IMG/VR virus record: IMGVR_UViG_3300029305_004082
Origin: a virus
Taxonomy: Duplodnaviria; Heunggongvirae; Uroviricota; Caudoviricetes
DNA length: 64,000 nucleotides
Strand: one strand, 5' to 3'
Made by a program: the position numbers and the translations under genes. Each line of letters begins with the position of its first letter. Position 1 is the stretch's first letter. Below are positions 1-9,649 of this stretch, in pieces. The notes under the pieces were generated by a model. The model worked only from the letters and a program-made list of their open reading frames with translations. It had not been told where the DNA came from and searched no databases.

Positions 1-223
1 TCAAATGCCACCAAGAGAACCCGGAGTTGCGGTATGCCTTAAAATAAACCTCACGCAGTTTGATGAGGTCAAGGCTGTAGTCCAGAGTATTAATAAAACG
101 CCGATAGTTATAATTACCATCGGCGAATTTTAATGTATATTCTTTTTTTCCAGAGATAGTGGCAAGGTACAAATCCTTGGCATCAATGCTTGCTATATAA
201 ACTGCGTTGTTCGCCGTAATACA

Positions 224-460
224 TCACTCCTTAATAAATAGTGGGCATTCGTGTATCATGTAAGAATGTTCAAAGCCGTCGTTACTTTTTATATATGTGG
301 GCGTTGCTTTCCAACCAGGAACAGGAGTTCCATTCCGCACCCAAGGGCACAGGTTGACATTGGTGGAACGCCTACACTTCCAACAAGGTTGCGCAAACAC
401 AATTTCGTCAGGTATCTTATTAGCCATTGTTACTCCTTGAAGCAGCCAACCTTGCCGCAC
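224..460 (-). CDS. hypothetical small Cys-containing protein
   Basis: 78-aa ORF in the leftward operon; CxxC pairs; no recognisable domain. Confidence 0.35.
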   Translation of the reverse strand: MRQGWLLQGVTMANKIPDEIVFAQPCWKCRRSTNVNLCPWVRNGTPVPGWKATPTYIKSNDGFEHSYMIHECPLFIKE

Positions 461-716
461 GTTGCTGCCGCTGTTCTTCCGTTAAGTTAACCTTGCGGGG
501 AGGTGCTACCTTCATCCAATTGCGGGGGATATGTGCAATTAAACCCCAACCATTGTCCTGTTGGATACGTACCTCGTTGGGGTACTGTTCTGCATAGCGC
601 CGCATCTTATTTATCCATTTGGTTTCGCCGGAATAAAACACGGCGTGATTGTCGCAGGTCAGGTAATCAATAGAAGTTTCCTTGAAATTATCGCTCATCT
701 TAATCTCCTTCCGCAC
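420..716 (-). CDS. hypothetical protein
   Basis: 98-aa ORF, tight overlap with neighbours in minus-strand operon. Confidence 0.35.
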   Translation of the reverse strand: MRKEIKMSDNFKETSIDYLTCDNHAVFYSGETKWINKMRRYAEQYPNEVRIQQDNGWGLIAHIPRNWMKVAPPRKVNLTEEQRQQRAARLAASRSNNG

Positions 717-898
717 ACGGGATAATGCTTAATCTTTGCGGCTCCAACATCATTTTCTGTTTCGCAAATCAGCCACCAATCGTTGTAATCGTGGTGCAGA
801 CAAAAAGAAAACAGAGCGTTTTTCTCAAACACTCTGTAATAATCCCCGATGCCGGAACTCCATTCAATTTCGGTGCAATGCTTACATTTTCTTCTCAT
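695..898 (-). CDS. hypothetical Cys/His-rich small protein
   Basis: 67-aa ORF, CKHC...CGRR motifs. Confidence 0.3.
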   Translation of the reverse strand: MRRKCKHCTEIEWSSGIGDYYRVFEKNALFSFCLHHDYNDWWLICETENDVGAAKIKHYPVCGRRLR

Positions 899-1113
899 AC
901 GGACTCCATGAAAATCTTATTATTAATTTCCAGAGGGGTGAATTCTTGGCTTGCCATAACACTGTTGCCAATATCCATCCGCAACACAATAGGCTTACCG
1001 AATTCAATCCTGCCAATATTCACATAACGTGTGCCGCAATGCGCACACTCAGTTGCGTCTAATTCGTTAAAGCCGTTACACACCAAACACGGTATTGAAA
1101 TCATGCGTGCCAA
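895..1113 (-). CDS. zinc-ribbon protein
   Basis: 72 aa, CLVCNG...CAHCGT four-Cys ribbon. Confidence 0.4.
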   Translation of the reverse strand: MARMISIPCLVCNGFNELDATECAHCGTRYVNIGRIEFGKPIVLRMDIGNSVMASQEFTPLEINNKIFMESV

Positions 1114-1352
1114 ACCTCCTCTAAGTTGCCGTATATACCCTCTATCTTATAAAAAGAGCTGAGCGCATTACACGCCTCAACTGCCTCAGCTATGCTTATA
1201 TTGCGCACCATTTTTTCAAACAATTCCTGCGAGAGTGCGCCGCCACCAATAAATTTATAGAAATCTGTGACAACCTGTTTTACGGAACTGCCAATAAAAA
1301 CCTCGAAGTCGCTACGCTCCGAGCTCGTAAATATAACCATATAAATATTCAT
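1101..1352 (-). CDS. hypothetical protein
   Basis: 83-aa ORF; the ATGA start/stop overlap with the adjacent minus-strand gene is exact. Confidence 0.4.
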   Translation of the reverse strand: MNIYMVIFTSSERSDFEVFIGSSVKQVVTDFYKFIGGGALSQELFEKMVRNISIAEAVEACNALSSFYKIEGIYGNLEEVWHA

Positions 1353-1588
1353 TTGTTTTTGCCTCGTTTACAATAAAATTCGGAATCCACGTATATACCA
1401 AGCAACCTACAGATATGGTCGGGTTTGCCACCCGCAGGGTCGTAACTTACCACATGATGTTTACATTGGAAGCATCGCACAGGCTCAGTCAAAATACCGC
1501 TACTAATTTTCCAACAAGGATATATGCAATTATTCGCACAACCATCACAGGGATTCATTTCCGCACCTCCTCTGGCGTAAATGCCCAT
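1349..1588 (-). CDS. Cys-rich hypothetical protein
   Basis: 79 aa, CDGCANNC...CFQCKHH motifs. Confidence 0.35.
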   Translation of the reverse strand: MGIYARGGAEMNPCDGCANNCIYPCWKISSGILTEPVRCFQCKHHVVSYDPAGGKPDHICRLLGIYVDSEFYCKRGKNK

Positions 1589-1890
1589 GTGTCGCCATAT
1601 TCCTCGGCAACGTATTCGTTAAAGTCTGGACCAGGACCACCCCACCGATAAAAGAACTTCTGCCTGTCTTTAGCCCATGTGAGTTTTGACGTTTTTATTT
1701 TGACCAAATCAGCATCCCACGGCGTCCTGTGCGGCGCATACGGTATTGAGTAAATGACATCGTGTCGCATTACCTCTTTATACAAATTCATCACCGCATC
1801 TCCTCCGCATCGGGTGTTGCGCATTCGCCGCAGTAGGGATATGTCCACGCCGTTCCTCTGTGTGTAGCAGGCTTGCCGCACTTGCCGCAA
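1555..1890 (-). CDS. hypothetical protein
   Basis: 111-aa ORF in operon. Confidence 0.4.
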   Translation of the reverse strand: MRQVRQACYTQRNGVDISLLRRMRNTRCGGDAVMNLYKEVMRHDVIYSIPYAPHRTPWDADLVKIKTSKLTWAKDRQKFFYRWGGPGPDFNEYVAEEYGDTWAFTPEEVRK

Positions 1891-2201
1891 ATCTTGCGGG
1901 ACAGCAGCAGGTAATTCTTTTCAATCTCATGAGTACCATTTGCACCGCCCCAACTATACCACCGCAGTTCGCCCCATTTTTCTTTAATGTCGCCCACCTG
2001 ATATCTGTCCAGCGCATCAGCCGCAATCAGCGCCGCACGCAGCTCTTCGCACATCTGGATACCAAACGCTTTCCGCCAACCAGGTTCCATGTTATCCAGA
2101 AGGGTACGTTCATATTTCCAATCATAAATCGAAATACGGCCTTCCCGCACTTTCCAAGGAATGAGGAAAGGGTAGCGTTCACACAATTCTTTATTCGTCA
2201 T
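1791..2201 (-). CDS. hypothetical protein with C-terminal CxxC...CxxC zinc ribbon
   Basis: 136 aa; C-terminal CGKCGK...CGEC; weak similarity (YDWKYER) to the two downstream paralogs. Confidence 0.45.
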   Translation of the reverse strand: MTNKELCERYPFLIPWKVREGRISIYDWKYERTLLDNMEPGWRKAFGIQMCEELRAALIAADALDRYQVGDIKEKWGELRWYSWGGANGTHEIEKNYLLLSRKICGKCGKPATHRGTAWTYPYCGECATPDAEEMR

Positions 2202-2490
2202 ATGTCAAGTCCTTTCTTATTTCGCAAAAACTACTCGGGGATATCACATAAGGGGCACCACCACAGGTAAACCTGTACTTCCATTCGTCATACCTCGGAA
2301 TCAATTTGGTGTTAACCTTGAACGACTTCCAGTATTCATCCCGCTTTTTCTCCATTGCCTTCAAAAATTCATCGTACCAGTAAAGCGCTCGTATCGCTAT
2401 ACAGAGTGCTTCACGCTGTTGCCAATCATTATTAATAAATGCGTCATGTTGCATCTCTTCCAACATATCTATCGCTTCTCTATTCGTCAT
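2191..2490 (-). CDS. hypothetical protein, tandem paralog A
   Basis: 99 aa; shares EAI..LE...ALC.AIRAL and YDEWKY[KR]FTCGG motifs with the 2480..2728 ORF. Confidence 0.5.
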   Translation of the reverse strand: MTNREAIDMLEEMQHDAFINNDWQQREALCIAIRALYWYDEFLKAMEKKRDEYWKSFKVNTKLIPRYDEWKYRFTCGGAPYVISPSSFCEIRKDLTYDE

Positions 2491-2728
2491 GTGTTAAATC
2501 CTTTCCGCCACAAGTAAACTTATACTTCCATTCATCATATTCTTCGGGAAACCGCACAATCCATTCGGGCTCGGGCGCAGGCTCAATTGGCCACCGAAAC
2601 CAAGTCTCTTGCTCTTTTTCAAGTGCCCGTATCGCCATATATAAAGCATTGCATAACTCGATATTTCCCATTCTAACTGCAGAGAATTTTAGCCTTTCCA
2701 ATTGCTGTATTGCTTCTTTAATTGTCAT
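2480..2728 (-). CDS. hypothetical protein, tandem paralog B
   Basis: 82 aa; same motifs as 2191..2490, arranged in tandem. Confidence 0.5.
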   Translation of the reverse strand: MTIKEAIQQLERLKFSAVRMGNIELCNALYMAIRALEKEQETWFRWPIEPAPEPEWIVRFPEEYDEWKYKFTCGGKDLTHDE

Positions 2729-2984
2729 ACTTTGCTCCTTCCGTGGGGGTAAAACTTATAACATCCTTATTGGTAAACATAAAGGTGTCGGTTTTTCCAT
2801 TTAACATATCGAACAGCAATGATTCCGCAAAACCGCACTTCTCGATTTCAATAATTCCTTTTTGTATTATCTTAGTGCCGTCTCCTAAAGTGACTTCGAA
2901 AACAACGGGTGCGCCCTCAGCCGGTATTTCATCAAGGTTAAACTTAATTGTCATAAACAACCCACCTTCCGTTTTCATCCACAC
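2718..2984 (-). CDS. hypothetical protein
   Basis: 88-aa ORF, tight overlap with both neighbours. Confidence 0.4.
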   Translation of the reverse strand: MWMKTEGGLFMTIKFNLDEIPAEGAPVVFEVTLGDGTKIIQKGIIEIEKCGFAESLLFDMLNGKTDTFMFTNKDVISFTPTEGAKYDN

Positions 2985-3318
2985 ATTCGACCCGAATATT
3001 AGAAGGGCACATTTGACGCTCTACTTCTTCAAGCATCACAGCGTATTCGCCTGTTCGCCGCATTGTTTCCAGACGAAACCACTGTTTAAAAGACTCTTTT
3101 TCAACAAGGCGCTCAAATGCCTTCTTTTTGTTCTGTTCAAAAGAGCGTTCTTCTTGACATTCTGAAACCGTACCACTGGCGGGATGCGTGATGCGGCACG
3201 CCGACATTGTTTTATTGCGCTTCTGACCGCCATTACCACTTCCTTTAAACGGTTGCACTATAAAATCCCCTTTTTCTTTGGAAAGAGAAAAGAGTAGTTC
3301 TTTATTATTCACAAACAA
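2944..3318 (-). CDS. peptidyl-tRNA hydrolase / class-I release-factor GGQ-domain protein (ArfB/ICT1-like)
   Basis: GSGNGGQKRNKTMSACRITH...VSECQEERSFEQNKKKAFERL matches the GGQ catalytic domain of RF1/ArfB (GxGPGGQxVNKxxS.V.L.H...V.VQ.ERSQ.KN+.KA); 124 aa, about ArfB size. Confidence 0.65.
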   Translation of the reverse strand: MFVNNKELLFSLSKEKGDFIVQPFKGSGNGGQKRNKTMSACRITHPASGTVSECQEERSFEQNKKKAFERLVEKESFKQWFRLETMRRTGEYAVMLEEVERQMCPSNIRVECVDENGRWVVYDN

Positions 3319-3679
3319 TTACCTCCATCAAACTACCTTTGCCGGGACGCCGCAATGCCTCAAATTGTATGTTGATTTCCGCATAACGGTTTAAAGTCGC
3401 ACTGTAACCGACAGTGCCATACGGCCCAATCATATCAACTGTGTCGCAGCCGTACTCCACGTTGCCGCACACCGGCCGCACAAGCTGCGTGATTATCATA
3501 TTGCCGTTGCGTATCTTCAACGCCACAGGCTCGCGGCTGTTAAAGTCAATGGCCGTCATATCAAAATAGCTTGTCTTGCAATACGGACACCTATCCGCAT
3601 CAATATCAATAGGTGCGCCGCAATTAATACAGTTTCTTTTCATCCCGCAGCTCCTCAATAATCTGTAATGTATCTTCAT
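3305..3679 (-). CDS. zinc-ribbon protein (paralog of 49660..50010)
   Basis: CINCGAPI...CPYCKTSY motif, also present as CSNCGAPI...CPYCKTQY in the 49660 gene. Confidence 0.45.
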   Translation of the reverse strand: MKIHYRLLRSCGMKRNCINCGAPIDIDADRCPYCKTSYFDMTAIDFNSREPVALKIRNGNMIITQLVRPVCGNVEYGCDTVDMIGPYGTVGYSATLNRYAEINIQFEALRRPGKGSLMEVIVCE

Positions 3680-4001
3680 ATTTCCTCAACATCGGGGCAA
3701 AAACCTCATTCTTAATATCTTCCGGCACTGCTTCATCTATTATCAGCATGTGACAGCGAGTGCCTCGGGCTGTTGCCGTAGGCCGAACACACCACAAAAT
3801 ACTTCCATTGAGGAACGTTACCGTAATATCGTTTCTGCAATTGCGCACCCATGCGGTATTTTCCAGAGAAGAAAGGATTGAATTTCTTTCCTTATCTAAG
3901 TCTGCGCACACAACCAGTGCGCGGAACCGCTTTTTTGTGAGGCATTCCGTTATTGCTTCCTGTATCTTATTTATCACCGCATTTCCTCCAACCATTCGCA
4001 A
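3624..4001 (-). CDS. hypothetical protein with a Walker-B-like LIIDEA motif
   Basis: 125 aa, HMLIIDEAV; immediately downstream of the P-loop NTPase. Confidence 0.35.
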   Translation of the reverse strand: MRMVGGNAVINKIQEAITECLTKKRFRALVVCADLDKERNSILSSLENTAWVRNCRNDITVTFLNGSILWCVRPTATARGTRCHMLIIDEAVPEDIKNEVFAPMLRKYEDTLQIIEELRDEKKLY

Positions 4002-5173
4002 AATAAGCCGCGCATTCTACTGCTCGGCACGTACAACCAAATTTCTTCGCCACGCCGAATGGCGCTGCGCCACACCCACTGTATCATTTCGGACAGCGCA
4101 TATTTATCTTCGTCAACCCGCACACCTTGTGATTCAAAATAATGTTTTAGTGAAGGCCGCAAAAATATGTTAACGCAATATCCAAGGTAATGTCTGTCGG
4201 CGTAATTGTTGCAAGCCCTTGCGTTATAACTTAGGAACGACTTTGCGTATCCTTTACCTTTAAGTAGCCCCGTATAATCTTTGTATGTAGTCCACAGTAT
4301 GTCGCCGGATGCCGCATTAAACTTATTGCGGAAGGCGTTATACAAATTCTTTTTTAACTTATCTATGGTGGGGTGCCCCAACACAGACCGCTCACGCTCA
4401 TGCCATTTAACAGACAAATCGTAAAACCCGCCCCCAACTTCATTTAGCGCCGCATCTTCCAATATGTGTATTTTTCCAGAAAGAGAAGGAGAGGGGTCGG
4501 CATCTTCAACGGCGCAAAACTCGTAATCAATGCCTGTTATGCGGCGAGTGCCAATCTGCTCGTATGTGTGGCCGTGCAAGTCAAAGTAATATTTCTGCAT
4601 CTGGGCATCAAACATGTAGGTCAGTATGATTACTTCCTCGAACGCCTCAAACACTTCCACTGGAAATAACCAAAGCAGTAACTTATCGTCGTCGCCTATT
4701 ATGACGTAGCCGGATTGTATCTGTTGTTTGAACCGCTTGAAATACCCGCGGTATTCTTCGTCAATCCAAAACACCCTGCCATTCTCACCTACGGCAATGT
4801 GGCGACGTTCAATAGCGTCCCGCACATCATCTGGATGCACGTCCAACGGTTCAACCACATCTGCAACTTCGTCCAAAATTAAAGTGTAGCCACCCTGTTT
4901 GATGAGGGAGGCTACATATTTATCGTACCGCCGGAACAATGCATGGGTACTCGCAATATTATGTTTGTTTTCCAGAAGAGAAAGAAGGTTGCTGAACTTG
5001 CCGCCGTCATCAAGTGCCATTGGCTCGACAAACTTGAGCGCTGGACAACTGCTGCGAATGCGGTCAACCTCATCCAAGAATGGGGTGATGAACAAGAACT
5101 TGCGGTCTGGGTTTTCGTTCATTAAATGAATGGCGGCTTGGGTTTTACCCGCCCCACACATTGCGTCACACAC
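3974..5173 (-). CDS. P-loop NTPase (SF2-helicase / terminase-like ATPase)
   Basis: Walker A MCGAGKT at residues 5-11, ITP motif, Walker B/DExx LILDEVAD; 399 aa. Confidence 0.5.
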   Translation of the reverse strand: MCDAMCGAGKTQAAIHLMNENPDRKFLFITPFLDEVDRIRSSCPALKFVEPMALDDGGKFSNLLSLLENKHNIASTHALFRRYDKYVASLIKQGGYTLILDEVADVVEPLDVHPDDVRDAIERRHIAVGENGRVFWIDEEYRGYFKRFKQQIQSGYVIIGDDDKLLLWLFPVEVFEAFEEVIILTYMFDAQMQKYYFDLHGHTYEQIGTRRITGIDYEFCAVEDADPSPSLSGKIHILEDAALNEVGGGFYDLSVKWHERERSVLGHPTIDKLKKNLYNAFRNKFNAASGDILWTTYKDYTGLLKGKGYAKSFLSYNARACNNYADRHYLGYCVNIFLRPSLKHYFESQGVRVDEDKYALSEMIQWVWRSAIRRGEEIWLYVPSSRMRGLFCEWLEEMR

Positions 5174-6350
5174 TTTTAAATTGATAAGACATCATCCTTT
5201 CTGAACTTGTTCTAAGTTCGTTCGCGCTGCTCACTCACTGATAACTGCGTTCAGTGGTACTGCGTTCAGTGGTGATGTGGCGAACTTACAATTACACAAC
5301 TAACCAAGCGACGCCGTTTTAAGCGAGCGAAAACGAAACCAAGGGCGAAGTTTTTGAAGTCAAAAACGAGCCCTTAGCACCAAAAAAATAAGGTTTAGCA
5401 CGTTTGAGGTGCTAAATCCGAAAAAAAGTGTAGGTATTTAGGGAAAAAATCGACCTACCCCGTAATAGAGGGGGTAGAAAAAATAATTAAGTTCTTTACT
5501 ATAGAAAGAGCATTAGGAGAACTACGGTTCGCGCAATAAATTAGGACTTTGCGCTCACCGATAATAGGTGGGCAATACTCACAACTTCAACATAGTCTCG
5601 TTGTTCGTATTGCCTTGCATAGCAAGGCCAATGTCAGCAGTTCGGGACGAGGCGATACAGTGCAAATTCCTCCCCGTACCGAACAATGACATTCCAACTC
5701 CTCGGCAAAGCCTCGTCGTTGGGGAAAATCACTGACGGAAGGCTGTCCTCAGCCAACGTCAGTATTATACCACAAAAGACTTGTTTTGTCAAGTTGGCGA
5801 TAAGGTGGGGTTATACCTCTATTTAAGACTGACTCATTTGTTTTTGCACAAATTATCACCCATTGTTATACCATTCTTGTCAAGATGGGAGTGTTTTGAC
5901 ATGATTGTGGGGTGATTTTTATGCAATTTTGGATTGAATTTGTATACTTGAATTGAAAGAACACCCTGGTCGACAGTCTCCGGCTGCGCTACAATCAGGT
6001 GCAAACTCACCCCCTATCATAGGCGATATAATGGCGGTTAATTCGCCTATCGGCCGTTGTATCGGTTGCGTGGCTGTACTGCGTCCATGATACAGGGGAT
6101 ACCATGCAGGGGGAAAGCAGGGATTAATGATTATTCATATTTAAAAGCAAAGGCATATCCTTATCAATTCCATTTCAATTCCATCAAATTATCAGATATA
6201 ACCTAAATTTATATAAGCCATAAATAATCCGTATAATCCATCCTTATATTTAACCCTGCGTTTTGTTGTCTTTTATTACTATTATCGTTTATACTATTAG
6301 TTAGCAAGGTACACCACAGCCTTGACTAAATTTTAAGTGAGGTTTTTACC
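5174..6350. promoter_or_regulatory. 1.2-kb non-coding region between the leftward (minus) and rightward (plus) gene blocks
   Basis: No ORF; direct repeat CTGCGTTCAGTGGT x2 (5244-5273); palindromes GTTTTTGAAGTCAAAAAC, CCTTGCATAGCAAGG, TTTAGCACgtttgagGTGCTAAA; repeated TTGTCAAG.TGG...GTGGGGT motifs; several TTGACA-like hexamers. Confidence 0.4.
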
Positions 6351-7241
6351 ATGAAGAACAACAACACAATCAGTATCATCGAGTTTGCCGCCGCTATGCG
6401 TGCTATGCCCACTGTAAGCAAGGCTGTATCTATGGATACAGAGCGCAGGGAAAAGCGCATAGCAACCGAATTAGAGCGTGCCGCCGCACGTAACGCCGCC
6501 GAACGTGCCGCCGCACAGCCTCAAATTATTGCCGCCGCTGAACGTGAGTATACCAACGATAATACGTTAATCGGCCACGCCTCAAAGGTTGCATATTGCG
6601 CTGTTCGTACATGCCGCAATAAAGCAGGCGAGAATCCTGTATTGCGTCAGCTTACATATGGCTTTGCGTTTGACGCAAGAGAAAAGCGCAAGCTGTCTGT
6701 ATTGTACAATGCTGACAGCAACAAGCAAGGCACAGATATTCCCTTTGATGGTACATTATCCACCCTATCCGACAGTGCCGAATTAGTTAATATCGCCGCT
6801 CTTGCTATGATTGAAACGGACGGCGAACAGGCCACAGGCAAAGAGTATCAGCCCACCGAAAACGCTATTAAAGCCGCCTATAAAGCCGTATATCATGCCA
6901 TTTATGAAAGCCGTAATAAACGTGGTAGTATCAAGTCTGTATATGTTGATGACTTACAGCAAAATGATGACGGTGAAATAATAGATACTGACTATGTACG
7001 TGTTACCAAATACTACGATATCGACAATATCGTTGACTACCATTATACCATGGGCATTCTTGAAGGCGTTTCCGACAGGCTCACAACAAGACAGGCGGAA
7101 ATACTGCATTTACGCATGCAGGGGTTGAGCCATGATACCATAGCGGAACGGCTGAACATCCGCCGCCAAACGGTTGCGGAACATATGGAATGCATACAGC
7201 AAATAACAATGCGCTATATCGCAATGGTTAACCGTGATTAA
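6351..7241 (+). CDS. sigma-70 region-4 / HTH_LuxR-like transcription regulator with Ala-rich N-terminus
   Basis: C-terminus LTTRQAEILHLRMQGLSHDTIAERLNIRRQTVAEHMECIQQ resembles sigma-70 region 4; first plus-strand gene after the switch region. Confidence 0.55.
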   Translation: MKNNNTISIIEFAAAMRAMPTVSKAVSMDTERREKRIATELERAAARNAAERAAAQPQIIAAAEREYTNDNTLIGHASKVAYCAVRTCRNKAGENPVLRQLTYGFAFDAREKRKLSVLYNADSNKQGTDIPFDGTLSTLSDSAELVNIAALAMIETDGEQATGKEYQPTENAIKAAYKAVYHAIYESRNKRGSIKSVYVDDLQQNDDGEIIDTDYVRVTKYYDIDNIVDYHYTMGILEGVSDRLTTRQAEILHLRMQGLSHDTIAERLNIRRQTVAEHMECIQQITMRYIAMVNRD

Positions 7242-7250
7242 AACACATTC

Positions 7251-7313
7251 AGCCCTCATTATGGGGGCTTTTCTTTTTACAGCCCCTTACAGCCCTCTGT
7301 AAGGGGTTTTTGC
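7251..7313 (+). terminator. two tandem rho-independent terminators
   Basis: AGCCCtcattatgGGGCT+TTTCTTTTT, then CCTTACAGccctCTGTAAGG+GGTTTTTGC. Confidence 0.6.
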
Positions 7314-7454
7314 TTTGCGTTGATATAAATATCAAGGGGGCAACAAAACGGCCCACAGGGCAAATATGGGGCTTATGCGGCGTTTTGCTATATTTCACCC
7401 ATCTATTTATGCAAATAGATATGTTAGAATGTTACAATATAATTCTTTAAAAAT

Positions 7455-7505
7455 TTTTTTTATTTTCACCCTGCGTTTTTGCCGTTTTCGTTACTATATA
7501 CACGC
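7455..7505 (+). promoter_or_regulatory. repeated upstream motif (copy 2), similar to 6244-6292
   Basis: ACCCTGCGTTTT(T)G...TTACTAT(T)AT... occurs upstream of both the 6351 and 7910 genes, each followed about 90 nt later by CCTTGAC. Confidence 0.3.
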
Positions 7506-7909
7506 AGAGCAGGAACGCAAGCGAAAGCAAGCGCCGCCTTGCATTGCCGTATTGCTTGACGAAAGCAAGCAAGCAAAGCCTTGAGCGAATAGGCTTGACT
7601 GTATCAGGGTTAGTCACCAACAGGCATAAGGCCATAAATGCATGCTGTGCAGTTTGTCGCAGGCTGTCTGTTGTGTTCCGCACAACAGGAACAACAGTCC
7701 ATTAAATAGGGATGTTCCGCATTTACTATTTAAGCGTGGCGAACGGCACAAAAGGCTTTGTTGGCTAAATGTTGAGGTTAATCAATGGTTTATTATGGGA
7801 TGGTTTATACCGTCCCTTTTTAATCCTATACACGGCGCTATGCTGTAAGGTATAGCGCCCCATATAGGGTTAAGGCTCTAAATAAAAAACACACAAGGAG
7901 AAAACTACA

Positions 7910-8692
7910 ATGACTAAAAGTGCATCCGAACTCCGCATCGAACTTAACGCCGCCTGTGAAAAGGTGAACGAACTTACTCTTGAAAATGCCGCCAATGACA
8001 GGGTGGAAAAGGCTATCGCAATCGCCAAAGACCTTGCAAGCGATTACAATGCCGCAAAGTGCAAGGAAGTTTTCGCTGAGCTGAGGGATAAGGAAAATCC
8101 CATGTATGAGGCAATCATGCTGCTTGAAGTCCCCTGTGTAAACTTCAAGGGTGTATCCGATAAGGATACCGACATCAAGACATACATCGTTGAGGACGAT
8201 ACAAAGCTCATCGACATCGCTGCATTTGACAGGTTCTGTGGGGCAATGTCAATCACGCCTGTGGCCGGTTGGCAGAGTGAGGCAGAGCATTTCGCAAAAC
8301 TGCTTGCGGCAAGGGCAACAAAGGATATGGGTGGCGATTACAAGAAACTGCTCAATACATGGGCTTTGTCCAAAAAGGCAAAGGCTTGGGAAGCAAGCAA
8401 TGCCGTTCCCTTCAGTAATAAACAGCTCACCAAAGACCTCCAGAAATTCATCGACATGATTATCTTCAAGCCCTATTCTGGTGATGAGTCCCTTAATGAG
8501 TACAAAGTTACATCTCAGGATGTGGCATTCCTGCTGTATACTGCTTGTAAGGCAGGCAAAAAGCCCCTGACCGTTGTAATGCCCCGTGGCAATACCATAA
8601 TCAAGCTTGCTACCCAGATTATCAACCGCATCATGACTGGTGGAACCTATGAATCCCTGTACAAGCGTGCCGAAAAGGAAGTAGGCAAGTAA
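7910..8692 (+). CDS. hypothetical protein (260 aa)
   Basis: Strong RBS AAGGAGAAAAC; no start-less extension; no recognisable motif. Confidence 0.55.
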   Translation: MTKSASELRIELNAACEKVNELTLENAANDRVEKAIAIAKDLASDYNAAKCKEVFAELRDKENPMYEAIMLLEVPCVNFKGVSDKDTDIKTYIVEDDTKLIDIAAFDRFCGAMSITPVAGWQSEAEHFAKLLAARATKDMGGDYKKLLNTWALSKKAKAWEASNAVPFSNKQLTKDLQKFIDMIIFKPYSGDESLNEYKVTSQDVAFLLYTACKAGKKPLTVVMPRGNTIIKLATQIINRIMTGGTYESLYKRAEKEVGK

Positions 8693-8702
8693 AGCACAAA
8701 TC

Positions 8703-8745
8703 AATGGGCATGGGGTTTACAAATTCATGCCCATGAATTTGGGTT
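8703..8745 (+). terminator. putative terminator hairpin
   Basis: ATGGGCATGgggtttacaaattCATGCCCAT followed by a T-rich run. Confidence 0.45.
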
Positions 8746-8753
8746 TTGCAAAA

Positions 8754-8782
8754 TTGACAATCAAATTCGGAAATCGTATAAT
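8754..8782 (+). promoter_or_regulatory. consensus sigma-70 promoter
   Basis: TTGACA - 17 nt - TATAAT (8754-8759, 8777-8782). Confidence 0.55.
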
Positions 8783-8912
8783 AATTTTGCCCCGCTTCTT
8801 AGCATTGTGAAAATGCAAACTGGATACCTCACCCAGTTTACATATAAAAGGCGTTTGGTGGTGCATTCGCCGTCAATGCGGCGGGGCGTTTTAATAATTA
8901 CGGAAGGACTTT

Positions 8913-9308
8913 TTGCCTATGGACAAAGAAATCATAGACATAACCCCACCTACGGACGAAGAAATCTTTCTTGCTGCAATGCAAAAATATGTGGCACAAA
9001 CCGAAAAGGGGTTGTATGTCTTTAATGATAAGCGGTATAAGGAATTGCAACGGGCCTATAATCTGTTGCGCAAACTGCTGTTGGAATACGACCCAGAAGC
9101 AGAAATTGAAATTGAGCCATCACCGATAAATAAAAAGAATTGGCAAATCCAGTTCAAAACAACGGAAATAACCGTGATGACCGATGAAATGCCGGTGTGG
9201 ACGGAAATTACGAATTTGGCCGATAATTTCTGTTGCGACCCAATGACAAGAGGAAAACGGCTGCGGGGCGGCTTTGTATTCCTCGATGTTATGACAAAAA
9301 GAAGATAG
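8913..9308 (+). CDS. hypothetical protein
   Basis: 131-aa ORF. Confidence 0.45.
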   Translation: MPMDKEIIDITPPTDEEIFLAAMQKYVAQTEKGLYVFNDKRYKELQRAYNLLRKLLLEYDPEAEIEIEPSPINKKNWQIQFKTTEITVMTDEMPVWTEITNLADNFCCDPMTRGKRLRGGFVFLDVMTKRR

Positions 9309-9378
9309 AGAAATTGTGCCCAGAAATAAGGAACAGCGAAAGCTGTTCTTTTATATTGCCGAAAGGGGAAATTCAAAA

Positions 9379-9633
9379 ATGAAAACTGCAGATGAAATGC
9401 GCACAATCGCAACCCGTGTCCAGGAAGAAGAACAGGCTCGTATAAGAAATCGTTCCCTTGATGTTCTGAAAAACAGGATTGCCCCGCAAATTGAAGTGGC
9501 CGCAAATGAGGGGAAAATGTACATAAAGTACATAGTGGGTGCCGATGTGGATACTCAAATTGTGGTGGACGAACTCAGAAAAATCGGGTACGAAATCGAA
9601 TATCTCGGTAACACAATAGAAATCTGTTGGTAA
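9379..9633 (+). CDS. hypothetical protein
   Basis: Internal ATG with RBS AAAGGGGAAAT; 84 aa. Confidence 0.45.
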   Translation: MKTADEMRTIATRVQEEEQARIRNRSLDVLKNRIAPQIEVAANEGKMYIKYIVGADVDTQIVVDELRKIGYEIEYLGNTIEICW

Positions 9634-9649
9634 AGGAGAAATCGCAAAA

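Noticed and set aside
1-223. Template repeat (TR) or Avd of the DGR in the left-edge region, assuming a circular sequence
   Set aside because: The window is a slice and circularity cannot be assumed. No A-rich repeat matching any 3' gene end in the window was found.
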